From the NCBI GenBank assembly GCA_030390025.1, contig CM059432.1, positions 15,316,001 through 15,380,000 on the forward strand: DNA of 64,000 nucleotides, read 5' to 3'. Source of the DNA: Squalus acanthias (taxonomy: Eukaryota). The notes beneath the pieces are model-generated. The model had not been told where the DNA came from, did no database searches, and was given only the letters and a program-made list of their open reading frames with translations. Below, in pieces: positions 24,520 to 38,013 of this stretch; position 1 is the first letter of the stretch, and each line of letters opens with the position of its first letter. The position numbers were made by a program, and so were the translations under genes.

Positions 24520-26220
24520 TTCGAAATTTGCAGATGACACGAAACTTGGAAGTGTAAACAATGAGGAAGATAGTAATAGACTTCAAGAAGACAGAGACAG
24601 GCTGGTGGAATGAGCGGACACATGGCAGATGAAATTCAAAGCAGAGAAGTGTGAGGTGATACATTTTGGTCGGAAGAATGAGGAGAGACAATACACACTA
24701 AACAGTACAATTTTAAAGGGGGTGCAAGAACAGAGAGACCTGGGGTGAAGGTGGCAGGACAGGTTAACATAGCAGTTACTAAAGCATGTGGGATCCTGGG
24801 CTTTATAAATAGAGGCATAGGCTGGATTTTGATACTGGGGACGGGATGGAGGCAGGACTCCCACTTTTTGGGTTGTAGTCCCGCCTCCATCGACGTGTGG
24901 CCAACCCACTGTATTTTCACTTGATTGACCTTGTTGAGCCCACCCAGCGGGCTTAGCAGGCCAATCAAGGGCCACCCGGCAACAGGTGACGTCACGGATT
25001 GACATTTCGTCTGTCAAGAGCTTTTGACAGATGAAATATCAGCGTTTGACAGCTCTGTGAAGCTGTCAAACACTGACAATCTGTCTTCTAACTTGAGTCC
25101 TTCCTCTCAGGCTGAGTTAGAAATCATTCCAGCACAGAAAACAGAGGCTGCAACTTTTGATAGCTCAACGGCCATTCTGCTTTCTGTGCCGGTGAGATTT
25201 CTGACTCCCGAGACCTGAAGGGCTGACACCTGCAGGAGGAAGTTAAGGTAAGTAAAACTTTCTCCCACACTTTGCACTTACCTTACACACTTACCTCTGC
25301 ACACATGCACCCATCACTCACCTGCCCACCGGACATATCGACCCCTCCAACCCCTGCAGACCCACGGTCCGCCTCGCTAAAACGGCGGGGTTGGGACCTG
25401 TTGGGAAGCCCACATTTCAGCCATTAAAATAGGGAGTTAATTGTCACTAATCCCCTTCCCGCCTCGGGGAGGCGGGTCCCAGCACAGGTCGGGTACCCGC
25501 CTCCAGCGAAACTGGCATGGAGGTGGGTTGGGGGTGGGATGGGTTCGGGACCCCCGTATCTGCAACTTTAACCCCCCACACGCCTCCAAACCCGCCTCCA
25601 CGGGTCAATGAAAATCCAGCTCATAGAGCACAAAAAGCCAGGAAGTTATGCTAAACCTACATAAAACACTAGTTTGACCCCAGCTGGAGTATTGTGTCCA
25701 ATTCTGGAAGGACGGACATGAAGGCTTTGGAGAGGCTACAGAAGAGATTTACTAGAATGGTTCCAGGGATGAGGGATTACAGTTATTTGGATAGACTGGA
25801 GAAGCTGGGGTTGTTCTCCTTCGAGCAGAGAAGGCTAAGAGGAGATTTAATAGAGGTGTTTAAAATCATGAAGGGTTTAGATAGAGTAAATAAAGAGAAA
25901 CTGTTTCCAATAGCTGAAGGGTCGATAACCAGAGGGCACCGATTTAAGGTGATTGGCAAAAGAATCAGAGGCGACATGTGGAAAAAATCTTTTACGCAAC
26001 AAGTGGTTAGGATTTGGAATGCACTGCCTGGTAGGGCAGTGGATACAGATTCAATAGTAGCCTTCAAAAGGGAATTGGATAATTACTTGAAGGAGAAAAA
26101 ATTGCAGGGATCTGGGGAAAGAGCGGGGGGAGTGGGACTAACTGGATTGCTCTTCGAAAGAGCCGGCACAGACACGATGGGCCAAATGGCCTCCTTCTGT
26201 GCTATACTATTCTGTGATTC
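24520..26220 (+). mobile_element. CR1-clade LINE fragment interrupted by a MITE
   Basis: FADDTKL region at ~24525; continues after 25622 as KALERLQKRFTRMVPG...WNALP. Confidence 0.8.
24820..25622. mobile_element. Harbinger-type MITE (family B)
   Basis: GGCTGGATTTT...AAAATCCAGCTC, TSD ATA, homologous in inverted orientation to 56437-57280. Confidence 0.75.
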
Positions 26221-27059
26221 ACCTTTACCCAACACAACATTAAGAAATACAACAATGCCCCTTCCCTCTTTGGTCGCTGCCTACTCAGCTTTTATTAGCC
26301 TTTCATATGCCTTTTAGCTTCTACACAGTAAACCACAAGTGTGCTCTTTGCTCAATCATCCTCCGCAGTGCTAGTCGCTTTAATGAACATCTTGTCTTTG
26401 TGTTTCCCAGAGGAGAGAAACCGCAAAGCAATCTCAGGTAATTTAAAACCAATGCCTGATGACTTCTCCATCCACTGTCTGCTTAAACCCAAAATCATTC
26501 TGCTAAATCCATTTGGGAAATGCGGGACCATTTTAGTCAAATCCTACACCACCAGTCACCATTAGAAGTTTCAGCTTGGATTGATTGTGTCGAAAGTAGT
26601 TGTCAGCGTTTGCACTTTCAGATGGATTGAAAAAGTCAGTCTCAATATCGTTACTAATCTGGAAACGCGGCGCTCTCACTGATTGTGATAAATAAATGCT
26701 TGAAGCCTGATTTCCATGGTTAATCTTTTTCCATTTATTCAATCGCATTTCCAGCTGTTTCATCACATGTTCACAACCTGCCTACACCACAAAGGCTCAG
26801 ATAAAGGATAAGCCAGTCTTTGTTCTTTTTAAGCCGCTCATCTGTAGGTCATCCCTTTATAATTCTGGAATAATGACCAGCTTTCAAATCTTGCTTGTTT
26901 TCTCTAAAATTATGTTCTGCAAATCACTGAATGACGCAAACGCAAAGCGAGCTACAAAAGTAGAGGTCGCCATTCTCTGAAAAAAATAGGCAATATTCAT
27001 TTTTATCACTCTTTAATAAAGCTTTTGTTTTCCAGTTTTCCCTCTTGGATGGTGCTGGG

Positions 27060-27392
27060 GTATAATTCTATGAGTGCCACACCCAAATGGCCATTCCTCA
27101 TATGTTTACCTAGACAGTGGGTGTGGGCAGGCTATTCAACAATAGCAAGCAGCACAGTTAAATACCATCTGGCCTCACCTGACTACCAAACCCCTTCTGG
27201 CGATAGTCACCAGACAGCGACTAGGAGTGGGAACCATGGCTAATCCTTCCTCTTCCTAGTCCAGGATTGCTCAGGCCAATTGTAGTACCCCAACTCAGCA
27301 CAGACTGAGGTTTGAACTTGTTACCTTCCTGGGCTGCACAGCTCAGTGCCACACCAACCAGTGCATTGACTCGCTGAGCTGATCAGGGGAGT
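27060..27392 (-). mobile_element. Old SINE-like repeat with a degenerate tRNA-like head, family unassigned
   Basis: Similar degenerate segments near 1170-1390, 17860-18060 and 49130-49520 (ggccattcttcatgtg..., ggaaccctggc motifs). Confidence 0.4.
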
Positions 27393-27834
27393 TGTTTTGG
27401 TCCATTTTTAACATAATCTCAAGTACTACTGCTATCCTCAAAAGGTTACACAGAGATTTGTTACAAAATGCTCTTATATACTTAGACCCTTCTTATAACA
27501 CTTGATTGTCCTCATGGTATGCACCTCCCAACTTATCCCCATCTTTACCATCACTTCAAACTCTCTTACCCCAGCCCATCTTTCATTCTCCTTAGATATT
27601 TGTTTGTGCTCATCTCTCCCTACCAAAGATGATCCTTTTTATACTTCCAACTTATAATCTGTTGCATTTACATCTGCATTTTCTAAAGTTAATGCTAGTT
27701 GCTTATGACTGTCAAATTATCCATGACATTAAAAGTTATGCCCCACCCCATGATCGCCAGTATGTTTATCAGTATGGCCACTCCACCGATAATTTTGATG
27801 TCTATGTTTAATACCGTTGCACTCTGCTGTGAAA

Positions 27835-29102
27835 TCACTTGGACTAATCAAGGAGAGCCAGCACGGATTTGTTACGGGCAAATCATGTCTGACTTACTTG
27901 ACTGAGTTTTTTGATGAGGTAACAGAGAGGGTGGATGAGGGCAGTGAGGTTGATGTTGTGTATATGGACTTTCAAAAGACGTTTGATAAAGTTCCACATA
28001 ATAGGCTTGTTAGCAAAGTTGAAGCCCAGGGAATAAAAGGGGAAGTAGCAGCATGGATACAAAATTGGCTAAGGGATAGAAAACAGAGAGTTGTGGTGAC
28101 TGGCTGTTTTTCGGACTGGAGGGAGCTGTACAGTGGAGTTCCCCAAGGTTCAGTACTAGGACCACTGCTGTTTGTGATATACATTAATGACTTGGACCTG
28201 GGGGTACGGGGCACAATTTCGAAATTTGCAGATGACACTAAACTTGGAAGTGTAGTAAACAGCGAGGAAGATAGTAATAGACTTCAAGAGGACACAGACA
28301 GGCTGGTGGAATGGGCGGACACGTGGCAGATGAAATTCAGCGCAGAAAACTGTGAGGTGATACATTTTGGTAGGAAGAACAAGGAGAGGAAATACAAGCT
28401 AAATGATACAATTTTAAAGGGGTGCAAGAACAGAGAGTCCAGGGGGTGTTTGTGCACAAATCTTTGAAAGTGGCAGGACAGGTTAACAAAGCAGTTAATA
28501 AACCATATGGGATTTATAAACAGAGGCATAGAATACAAAAGCCAGATTGTTATGCTAAACCTACATAAAACACTAGTTCGGCATCAACTGGAATACTGTG
28601 TCCAATTCTGGGCACCACACTTTAGGAAGGACGTGAAGGCTTTGGAGAGGGTATGGAAGAGATTTACTAGAATGATTCCAGGGATGAGGGATTACAGTTA
28701 TGTGGATAGACTGCAGAAGCTGGGGTTGTTCTCCTTAGAGCAGAGAAGGCTAAGAGGAGATTTAACAGAGTCGTTTAAAATCATGAACGGTTTAGATAGA
28801 GTAAATAAAGACAAAGACAATCAGATTTAAGGTGATTGGCAAAAGAACCAGAGGTGACATGAGGAATAACCTTTTTTACACGAGTGGTTGGGTATTGGAA
28901 TGCGATGCCTGATAGGATGGTGGAAATAGATTCAATAGTAGCCTTCAAAAGGGAATTGGATAAATACTTGAAGAAAAAATTGCAGGGCTATGGGGAAAGA
29001 GCGCTGGAGTAGGACTAACTGGATTGCTCTTCGAAAGAGCCAGCACAGGTTCAATGGACCGAATGTCCTCCTTCTGTGCTGTATTATTCTATGATTCTAT
29101 GA
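27835..29102 (+). mobile_element. CR1-clade LINE, RT domain to 3' end
   Basis: SQHGF..GKSCLT, YMDFQKTFDKV, SGVPQGSVLGP, FADDTKL; gattctat tail. Confidence 0.9.
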
Positions 29103-29224
29103 TCTATCAAAACCTTGGGCATTTCCAAGGCTTTTGACAGGATCTGGCACTGGTCACATCTAAGTGACTTAACATGATATGGCCTCCAACCAAATCTATG
29201 CTTATGGCTGACTAGTTACTTCCT

Positions 29225-29400
29225 GATGTGGAGATGCCGGCGTTGGACTGGGGTGGACAAAAATGAGAAGTCGCACAACACCAGGTTATAGTCCAACAGA
29301 TTTATTTAATTTTACAAGCTTTCGAAGCAGTTCGCTCCTTCGTCAGGTAAGTTAGCAATGAGAGAATCTCCCAGAATTCACAATTTAAACCCAGACAAAA
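29225..29400 (-). mobile_element. 3' end of a second Penelope-like family, with hammerhead
   Basis: Hammerhead core followed on the minus strand by a short tail ending ...CCAACGCCGGCATCTCCACATCA; sequence differs from the main family. Confidence 0.55.
29312..29350 (-). ncRNA. Minimal type I hammerhead ribozyme motif
   Basis: Minus strand reads ttac-CUGACGA-A-GGAGC-gaacu-GCUUC-GAAA-GC-UU-guaa: stem I ttac/gtaa, stem II, palindromic AGCU stem III. Confidence 0.7.
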
Positions 29401-31087
29401 TCTATTCACATTATTCACTACAACAAAGAGCACAGCCAAGACAATGAGATGTGTCCCAGGGGGTCCAACGTGTCAAACCACCTGCTGGCTGCATATCCTG
29501 TCAATTTGTGTTTTTGTGTTAGTCTTTTTAAAAAAAAACACCTGGGAAGACCGGCCATGATGTCAAGTCACGTTCTGTATCGTGACATGAACCCGTTACT
29601 TCCTAGTTTGCTTCATCTGTGCTGTAATCAATGGCTCATCTTCGGAATCTTGTTTTGTCATTAACTTAGGGTCTCTTAGAACTCTGTTCTCTCTCTCTCT
29701 GTTCCTTCTTCATATCAATTACCTCCTCCGCTCATCATCCAACCCTATCTCAAGGGTGTTCAACCTTTTGGAATAAGGAGCTGTATCCACATGACACAAT
29801 CCAATGAGTGAGCCACATATGCTTAAAAATTCAATTCCCCAAAGCTAAAAATCCAAGCCTTCCCTACGCTAAAAATCCATCCCCTCCCCACATGCTAAAA
29901 ATCCATGGTAACCATACACTAAAAATCTAAATTCTCCTCCCCTCACACAAAGACTGTGCCTCATTAATCAATTTGCTCTTCCTGGCCTAGCATGCTCTAC
30001 TGCCCTGAATTCTTTTTCTTGTTAAAGAAACCACAAAATGGTCCAGGAATTTCTTTTTTGCTAGGCTCAGAGGAGTGCTGCTCCCGGGCCCACGAAAAAA
30101 AAACAGACTGCTGCTGATCTGTCCGAGCCTCCCCACTCACTCCCAACCCCCACCCCCACCCCCCCTCCTCTGATGACCTGCCTCCATGCCTCCGACTGTC
30201 TAATAAATCGAGCAAGAAATTCAGGAAAGACTTCTTGACCCAGAAAATAGTTAGAACATGGATCTTGATACCACAAGGAGTAGTTGAGGCGAATAGCATA
30301 GATGCATTTAAAGGGAAGCTAGATAAGTACATGAGGGAGAAAGGAATAGAAGGATATGTTGATGCGGTTAGATGAGGAAGGGTGGGAGGAGGCTCCTGTG
30401 GAGCATGGACCTGTTGGGTGGAATGGCCTTTTTCTGTGCTGTAAATACTATGTCATTAAATAATTAAGCTTGGTTCTCCTTTTGAAAAGGTACAAAAAGC
30501 GTTCTTTGTCTTCCTCTTCAACAGCTCTCCATGGTAACCTGCAGCAGTATTCTGCCCACCAGCAGAGCTGTTAGACTTTGGTAGAAAAAGTTTCAAAATG
30601 AAGTGTAGCGTAGGCTGCAAACTTCAAATGTGATTGGACTGGTCTGCAACTATTGTAATGCTAGCATGAACTTCCTGCATCCAAACAGCAAACTTGTGTT
30701 ACCAGCAAAATTGCTAGTTTGGAAAAAGAACAAAATGTCAAGCCTCGAATCAATTTCAGAAATGAACAGAAAACCAACAAGTTCATGACTAACAGCGCAC
30801 GGATGAACAGATGCAATTTCATTTCCAACCAGAATACAATTCTGATACATGGCCATGAAATGAATGCAAACTAAATGTGGTTGATTTCTATTTCTTAGAT
30901 CCCATGCGCTGCTGTCAGCTGTTTAATAGACCCGGCAGAAACAATTTTCAAGTTAATAACAAAGTGCATAAACACATTAGCTGGGAGGTTACCAAAATCT
31001 TTTTAATGGCACAGCTTCGCCCAAACCTGACCATCATCTGGTACAGGCTCGGTAGTTCGGTCATATAGTTATCCAGTTATTACCTAT

Positions 31088-31520
31088 AAAGAAAGACTTG
31101 CATTTATACAGCGCCTTTCACGACCACCGGACGTCTCAAAGTGCTTTAACACCCAATAAGGTACATTTTTATGCAGTGTAGTCACTGTTGTAATTGCGCA
31201 CAGCAAGCTCCCACAAACAGCAATGTGATAATGACCAGATAATCTGTTTTTGTTATGTTGATTGAGGGATAAATATTGGCCAGGGCTTCTTCGAAATAGT
31301 GCTATGGGATCTTTTATGTCCACCTGAGAGAGCAGACAAGGCCTCAGTTTGATGTCTCATCTGAATGACGGCACCTCCAACAGTGCAGCACTCCCTCAGT
31401 ACTGCACTGGCGTGTCAGTCTAGATTTTTTTTGTGCTCAAGTCTCTGCGAGTGGGACTTGAACCCACAACCTTCTAGATGCAGAGGTGAGTGTGCTACCC
31501 ACTGAGCCACTGGCTGACAC
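31088..31520 (-). mobile_element. Deu-domain SINE
   Basis: Reverse complement of the SINE consensus seen at 57490. Confidence 0.75.
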
Positions 31521-31674
31521 TATGGTTCCAGATTGCAGTCTTGTCAAATGCACAATCCCTATTTTCCTAGTAATTTGTGTGATGAATTTTATAAGTTCTT
31601 GACTGGTTGAAACTATTGGTACTTTTGGAAGAATGTTGCAGTTGCATGGAGGCTGCTTGGCAGATATGGTTGCC

Positions 31675-32208
31675 AACCATATAAAAAGGATATGGAGGCA
31701 CTGGAGAGGGTGCAGAGAAGAGTTTTACAAGGATGATACCAGAAATGCGAGGGTATACCTATCAGGAAAGGATGAACAGGCTGGGTCTCTTTTCTCTTGA
31801 AAAAAATAAGGCCGAGGGGTGACCCAATAGAGTTCTTTAAAATTATGAAAGGTTTTGATAGAGTGAATACAGAGAGAATGTTTCCACTTGTGGTGAAGAG
31901 CATAACTAGAGGCCATCAATATAAGATAGTCACCAAGAAATCCAATAGGGAATTCAGAAGAAACTTCTTTACCCAAAGAGTGGTGAGAATGTGGAACTCG
32001 CTACCACAGGGAGTGATTGAAGCGGATAGTATAGATGTATTTAAGGGGAGGCTAGACAAGCATATGAGGGAGAAGGGAATAGAGGGTTATGCTGATAGAT
32101 TTAGATGAGGAGAGACGGGAGGAGGCTTGTGTTGAGCATAAACGCCAGCATGGACTGGTCGGGCCGAATGGCCTGTTTCAGTGCCGTATATCCTATGTAA
32201 TCCTATGT
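31675..32208 (+). mobile_element. CR1-clade LINE 3' fragment
   Basis: FKIMKGFDRVN...FFTQRVVRMWNSLP; tandem tail. Confidence 0.85.
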
Positions 32209-32587
32209 AACCCTCCAGGATTGCCCTGGAGTCTCCAAGAATGAAACATTAATCTCACGGACACTGCTGCGAGCAATCCGGCAGAAAAATCTTAGGGACA
32301 TTTAAAAAAAATGGTGTGTCTTTTAAAAAAAAATTCTTTGAACACTTTTGTTTATCAGTTATAAAAGTATTGGAGATTGTGGAACAAAGGCTGCTTGACT
32401 GGGGAGGGCGGGAGGTCATGTGAGGAAACCTCCAGGAATGCATCCAGCCAGAGTTGGCAACTGTATTGCCTGATGTCTGGTAGTCAACCTGCTGAGTGAC
32501 ACCACAGCACTGCTTAAATGAACGGCATGTGAATGGATCTACTGTTCGTTTCAGTCGGTTGAGGAACACTTCCAAGTATTCTTCACC

Positions 32588-32706
32588 CAGAAAAGCAAAA
32601 TACGGCGGATGCTGGAAATCTCAAAGAAAAAGAGAAAATGCTGGCAGTGCTCAACAGTAGATCATGCTGCCTGACCTGCTGAGTATTTCCAACAATTTCT
32701 CTTTTT
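32588..32706. mobile_element. Miniature fold-back Penelope 3'-end insertion (no hammerhead retained)
   Basis: Tail aagcaaaatac..ggatgctggaaatc plus inverted arm; 11-bp TSD TATTCTTCACC (32577-32587, 32707-32717). Confidence 0.65.
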
Positions 32707-33644
32707 TATTCTTCACCTGCAAGTGGTTTCTCCAGATAAATGTGGGTCGTGACGGTTCCTCCTGACTTAATGCGGGATTGTGGGTCGGGTTTTAGAGATG
32801 AAAAGGGTGAACTGGTTCAAGAAGCAACGACGTATGTTTGTGGAAAGGGAAGAGGTTGAGGGAAATGGCAAGAAGGTGGCGAGGTAAACGGAAAAGAGCA
32901 GGCTGTTGGGCCTTTCCCCGTTTTCTAAAAATTCTTGCAAGTTCACAATATTGCCCAGTCACTGCCAGCAGTCAAAGAATCAGAGCACTCACAGCACGGA
33001 AGGAGGCTATTTAACTTGGCTGATAATTACAGCATTCTGCAGAAGTAAAGAGTTACCCGACACTTGGCAATACTAATGAGACTTTATACAACAGCTGCTG
33101 CAAAGGTTAAGTGCTGCGAGATTATCTCCCAGAGAGCGGTCTCACATCGCTTGGCTACATTAGAGTTTGGACTGATGAAAAGCCAAATCTTTTTTGCAGT
33201 AATGCAAGCTGTGCCGCACAATTGGTGTATTAGCAGTCCTGGGCCCGGGACACTCTCGGCCTTGCTAATCTTTCCGAGTTCAGAACTTCAGCTAACAATG
33301 CAAATGGCTTCCATTCTCTTCTAAAAAAAAAACCTCTTCAAAGTCCACGAGAAAGCAAGACATCTAGGTTATACCGCAGTTTAACGTGAATCGGAGTACA
33401 TTTCTCCAGACAGACAGTCGGAATGGCAGCCTGTCCCATCCTTGCTACTTGGTTTACTTGTGATAGACGAGTGCGTTATGTTTTGAATTTGGATGCAAAA
33501 TCTCGATAACTTATTCAATGTAGTTCCAAGTGTACGTCCCAGCAACGGATGTTCAGTATTTATCACAATCTGAAACAATTTGACATTTTATATTTGTGAT
33601 AAAGTGTTGGCTGTCTCTAACAATTTGCTGGAAGTCCCCAGTGA

Positions 33645-33930
33645 TAAGAACATAAGAACATAAGAATTAGGAGCAGGAGTAGGCCATACGGGTCCTCGAG
33701 CCTGCTGCGCCATTCAATAAGATCATGGCTGATCTTCGACCTCATCGGACTTTCCCGCCCGATCCCCATATCCCTTGATTCCTCTAGAGTCCAAAAATCT
33801 ATCCATCTCAGCCTTGAATATACTCAAAGACTCAGCCTCCACAGCCCTCTGGGGCAGAGAATTCCAAAGATTCACAACCCTCTGAGTGAAGAAATTCTTC
33901 CTCATCTCAGTCTTAAATGGCCTACCCCAT
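33645..33930 (-). mobile_element. CR1-clade LINE 3' end
   Basis: MRKNFFTQRVVNLWNSLP; (taagaaca)n tail. Confidence 0.8.
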
Positions 33931-34174
33931 AACTGAAAGGTGCATTATGTCATACAAGTTGCATTTCCCCGTTTCGAAGGCTCAGCGAAAATTTTTCAAG
34001 AACTGTCTTGTAATTTTAATGTTCCGTAATGCAGAAATAAAATGTATTTTCTCCCGCTGACTCGGCCATCTTAAGGTGGCGCAGCTTTTTCACAGTACTG
34101 GCAGACTGTGTTTGATAACGTGCTTATTGTATTGGATAAGCTACTAAGCCAACTAAAATTAGCTATTGCTTACA

Positions 34175-35598
34175 GCTGTTCCAGTACAGCTACAACACTG
34201 GCATCTGCCCGACAATGTGGAAAACTGCCCAGGTATGTCCTGTCCACAAAAAGCAGGACAAATGCAATCCGGCCAATTACCGCCCCATCAGTCTACTCTC
34301 AATCTCAGCAAAGTGATGGAAGGTGTCATCGACACTTACTCACCAATAACCTGCTCACTGATGCCCAGTTTGGGTTCCGCCAAGACCACATGCCTCCAGA
34401 CCTCATTATAGCCTTGGTCCAAACATGGACAAAGGAGCTGAATTCCAGAGGTGAGGCGAGAGTGACTGCCCTTGACATCAAGGCAGCATTTGACCGAGTT
34501 TGGCATCAAGGAGCCCCAGTAAAACTGAAGTCAATGGGAATCAGGGGGAAAACTCCCCACCAGCTGGAGTCATACCTAGCACAAAGGAAGATGGTTGTGG
34601 TGGTTGGAGGTCAATCATCACAGCCCCAGGACATCACTACAGGAGCTCCTCGGGGTAGTGTCCGAGGCACAACCATCTTCAGCTGCTTCATCAATGACCT
34701 TCCCTCCAACATAAGGTCAGATGACTGCACAGTGTTCAGTGCCATTCTCAACTCCTCAGATAATGAAGCAGTCCATGCCCGCAGGCAACAAGACCTGAAC
34801 GACATTCATGCTTGGCAGGTAACATTCGCGCCACAGAAGTGCCAGGCAATGACTATCTCCAACAAGCGAGAGTCTAACTACCGCCCCTTGACATTCAACG
34901 GCATTACCATCGCCGAATCCCCCACCATCAACATCCTGGGGGTCACCATTGACCAGAAACTTAACTGGACCAGCCACATAAATACTGTGGCAACAAGAGC
35001 AGGTCAGAGGTTGGGTATTCTGTGGCGAGTGTCCCACCTCCTGACTCCCCAAAGACTTTCCACCATCTACAAGGCACAAGTAAGGAGTGTGATGGAATAC
35101 TCTCCACTTGCCTGGATGAGTGCAGCTCCAACAACACTCAAGAAGCTCGACATCATCTACAACAAAGCAGCCCGCTTGACTGGCACCCCATCCACCACCT
35201 TAAACATTCACTCCCTTCACCACCGGCGTACCATGGCTGCAATGTGCACCATCTACAAGATGCACTGCAGCAACTCACCAAGGCTTCTTCAGCAGCACCT
35301 CCCAAACCCGCGACCTCTACCACCTAGAAGGACAAGGGCAGCAGGTGCATGGGAACACCACCACCTCCAAGTTCCCCTCTAAGTCACACACCATCCTGAC
35401 TTGGAAATATATCACCGTTCCTTCATCGTCGCTGGGTCAAAATCCTGAAACTCCCTACCTAACAGCACTGTGGGAGTACCTTCACCACACGGACTGCAGC
35501 GGTTCAAGAGGGCGGCTTACCACCACCTTCTCAAGGGCAATTAGGGATGGACAATAAATGCTGGCCTTGCCAGCGACACCCACATCCCATGAACGAAT
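34175..35598 (+). mobile_element. CR1-related LINE family B, RT domain to 3' end, degenerate
   Basis: DAQFGFR, ALDIKAAFDRVWH, GAPRGS, YKAQVRSVMEYSPLAW; the FADD motif is disrupted by a deletion. Confidence 0.85.
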
Positions 35599-36181
35599 TT
35601 AAAAAAACAGATTATTTTTTCTAACGTAGTCATAGTGAGGAGTTCTGCCGAGCTCGCCGCAATCCTTTGAAACAATTCCCTTACCAGGCAATTTGATTAC
35701 ATGCAAACAGCAGATTCTTTTGGATTGTGTGTAGAGATCAGCTGTTGAATCACAGAAATTATTTGCAGGTTTCCAATAATGCTTTTCCGATAAACGGGTA
35801 ACAAATCCCTCTCTTTCAAGGTGGTATTACACTGTAGACACCTGTTTACAGCAATGCAGAGCTGAGTTGAACTGCCCGCTCGCTACTGCTGTCTGGCCAG
35901 GGAAAATGGACCTCTGTGTCTGCGTGCTATCCACCAGTCTTCAAATGCTGATTAAATTTTTATGTTAACAAAGAGCTAACAGGACAATCAGCTCTACAGA
36001 CACTGATGCAAAGTTTAAAAAAAATCAGTCTCATGTTTAGTGATATAATTAGCCTATTGAAGTCACATTGACCTGCTGTTTTTCTCCAAATTGTGTTTTT
36101 ATTTTAAATGATATGTGATTTTTCAAATGGAACTATTGCTGAGTTTTATGCTGATTAAAGTGAGGACTGTTACTGTTGTGT

Positions 36182-37015
36182 GGGCCGTGGCTCAGTGAGT
36201 AGCACTCTCACCTCTGAGTCAGCTAGGCTGTGGGTTCATAGGCCCAAGCTACAGAGACTTGAGCACATAATCTCAGCAACAACTCCAGTGCAGTATTGAG
36301 TGGCTTTGCACTGTCAGATGAAACGTTAAACCCAGGTCCCGTCTACACTTACAGGTGAACGTAGAAGGGCAGGGGAGTTCGCATGGCCAACATTTATCCC
36401 TCAAAAATAAACATCCCTAAAGCAGTTTAATTGGTCATTTAAGCTGCTGTTTGTGGGGCCTTGCTGTGCACAAAAGTGGCTGCTGCATTTCTCCACATTA
36501 CAATTGTGACTGCACTTCAAAAGCTAACTTCATTTGGCTCTGAAGCGCTTTGGGACGTCCTGAGGTCGTGAAAGGCGCTATATAAATGAAAGTTATTTCT
36601 TTCTTTTTTCCCCTGGGGAATGGAACGCCTTTTCCATTTTGTACCCAAAGTGATCATTAATCACTTCTGGAATTACAGACATGGGATGCGATTATAACCC
36701 GACCCACTCGTCAGAAACTGAGCACGTGGGCAGTTAAAACCGCTCACGTTACCTGCCCTGGAGCCGCTGAGAGCTGACTTGCTACAATTTTCACCTGTCC
36801 TGGCCAATATCTATCCCTCAATCAACATAACAAAGAACAGATGATCTGGTCATTATCACATTGCTGTTTGTGGGACCTTGCTGTGCGCAAATTGGCTGCC
36901 GCGTTTCCCACATTACAACAGTGACTACACTCCAAAAAGTACTTCATTGGCTGTAAAGCGCTTTGAGACGTCCGGTGGTTGTGAAAGGCGCTATATAAAT
37001 GCAAGTCTTTTTCTT
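36182..37015 (+). mobile_element. Two Deu-domain SINE remnants (~36182-36600 and ~36797-37015)
   Basis: tRNA head and SINE 3' tail homology. Confidence 0.65.
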
Positions 37016-38013
37016 TTTACTTCTGAGCAGACGGCAAGGACACTCGCCTTTTTAACCTAGGCATGTCGGGTCCTCGTGATGTCATCAGGACCCGACTGCA
37101 GTTGTTACGAGGTGGCCTGAGGAGGAAGCAACAGTGAATTTCCCGTCAAGCCAGCCCAGCGAGGAATTGGATCAGGGCCAGGAGAGACCCAAAAGGTACG
37201 GTTTTTTTCATTGTGTTTTTTTTTACTTTCCTTCTAGGGCCAGGTGGAGCCAGGGTGCTCCACCGGAACCCACAGGGAAAGCATAGGTCTTACCTGTCAC
37301 AATCGCACCTACCCCCACTCCCCCTCCCCCTCCCGCCCAACCCCCGACCCCTGATCATTGTGACCCCCAGGGCATGGACCAGCAGTTGATCCCGCCTCTT
37401 ACCAGGTCTTGGTGGGAGGCCTCTGGGCCACGCGGAGTTCCACTGCTGTATATAATTATTCAGTGGTTATTTACGGGTGTGGAGTCTACCGGCAGGATTT
37501 AAATGAGGCCCCGGGAGTTAAAATGCCCACAGTTAAAATCGGGGCTCCGTGGTGTTACAGACATGCTGAAAATTAAATGGAAGAGTGACAAGTAAGAGGG
37601 TCCTTGAACTAGCGCGTGAAAAGAGTGAAGTGATGAGACTGATTATGATGAGAAAAATGACATACAGTGGGCACGTAATTCAAGTTGTTCGGATATAGCT
37701 GTTTAGGAAAGTTTTGGGGTTAAAGTTGTTTAGGAACATTGACGGTAATAGATCAAGTAGCAGGTGAAATAAAGAATGTGGCTAGATGATGTTCTTGAAT
37801 AGCAAGACCTGCATTATCTCAGTAAGTCTTTCTTGTCCCTCTTATATAAATAAGCAGTGATGTATCAATAAGCCAATTGATTCAATGTGCAATTGAAAGG
37901 AAGGACTTCACTCTTCAATCCAATTAAGAAAGAAAGCTGCAGTTTGGAATTCAAGGCTTCCAGTGTTTACTTTTGTGAGCTTGACAGCGGATTTGTCGGC
38001 ACAACTTTCTATG

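Noticed and set aside
29821..29930. CRISPR-like repeat-spacer pattern
   Set aside because: Vertebrate context, ~10-nt repeats with low-complexity spacers, and no cas genes.
34108..35382. 424-aa ORF as a functional reverse transcriptase or host gene
   Set aside because: A LINE remnant with non-homologous ends and a deletion through the catalytic FADD motif.
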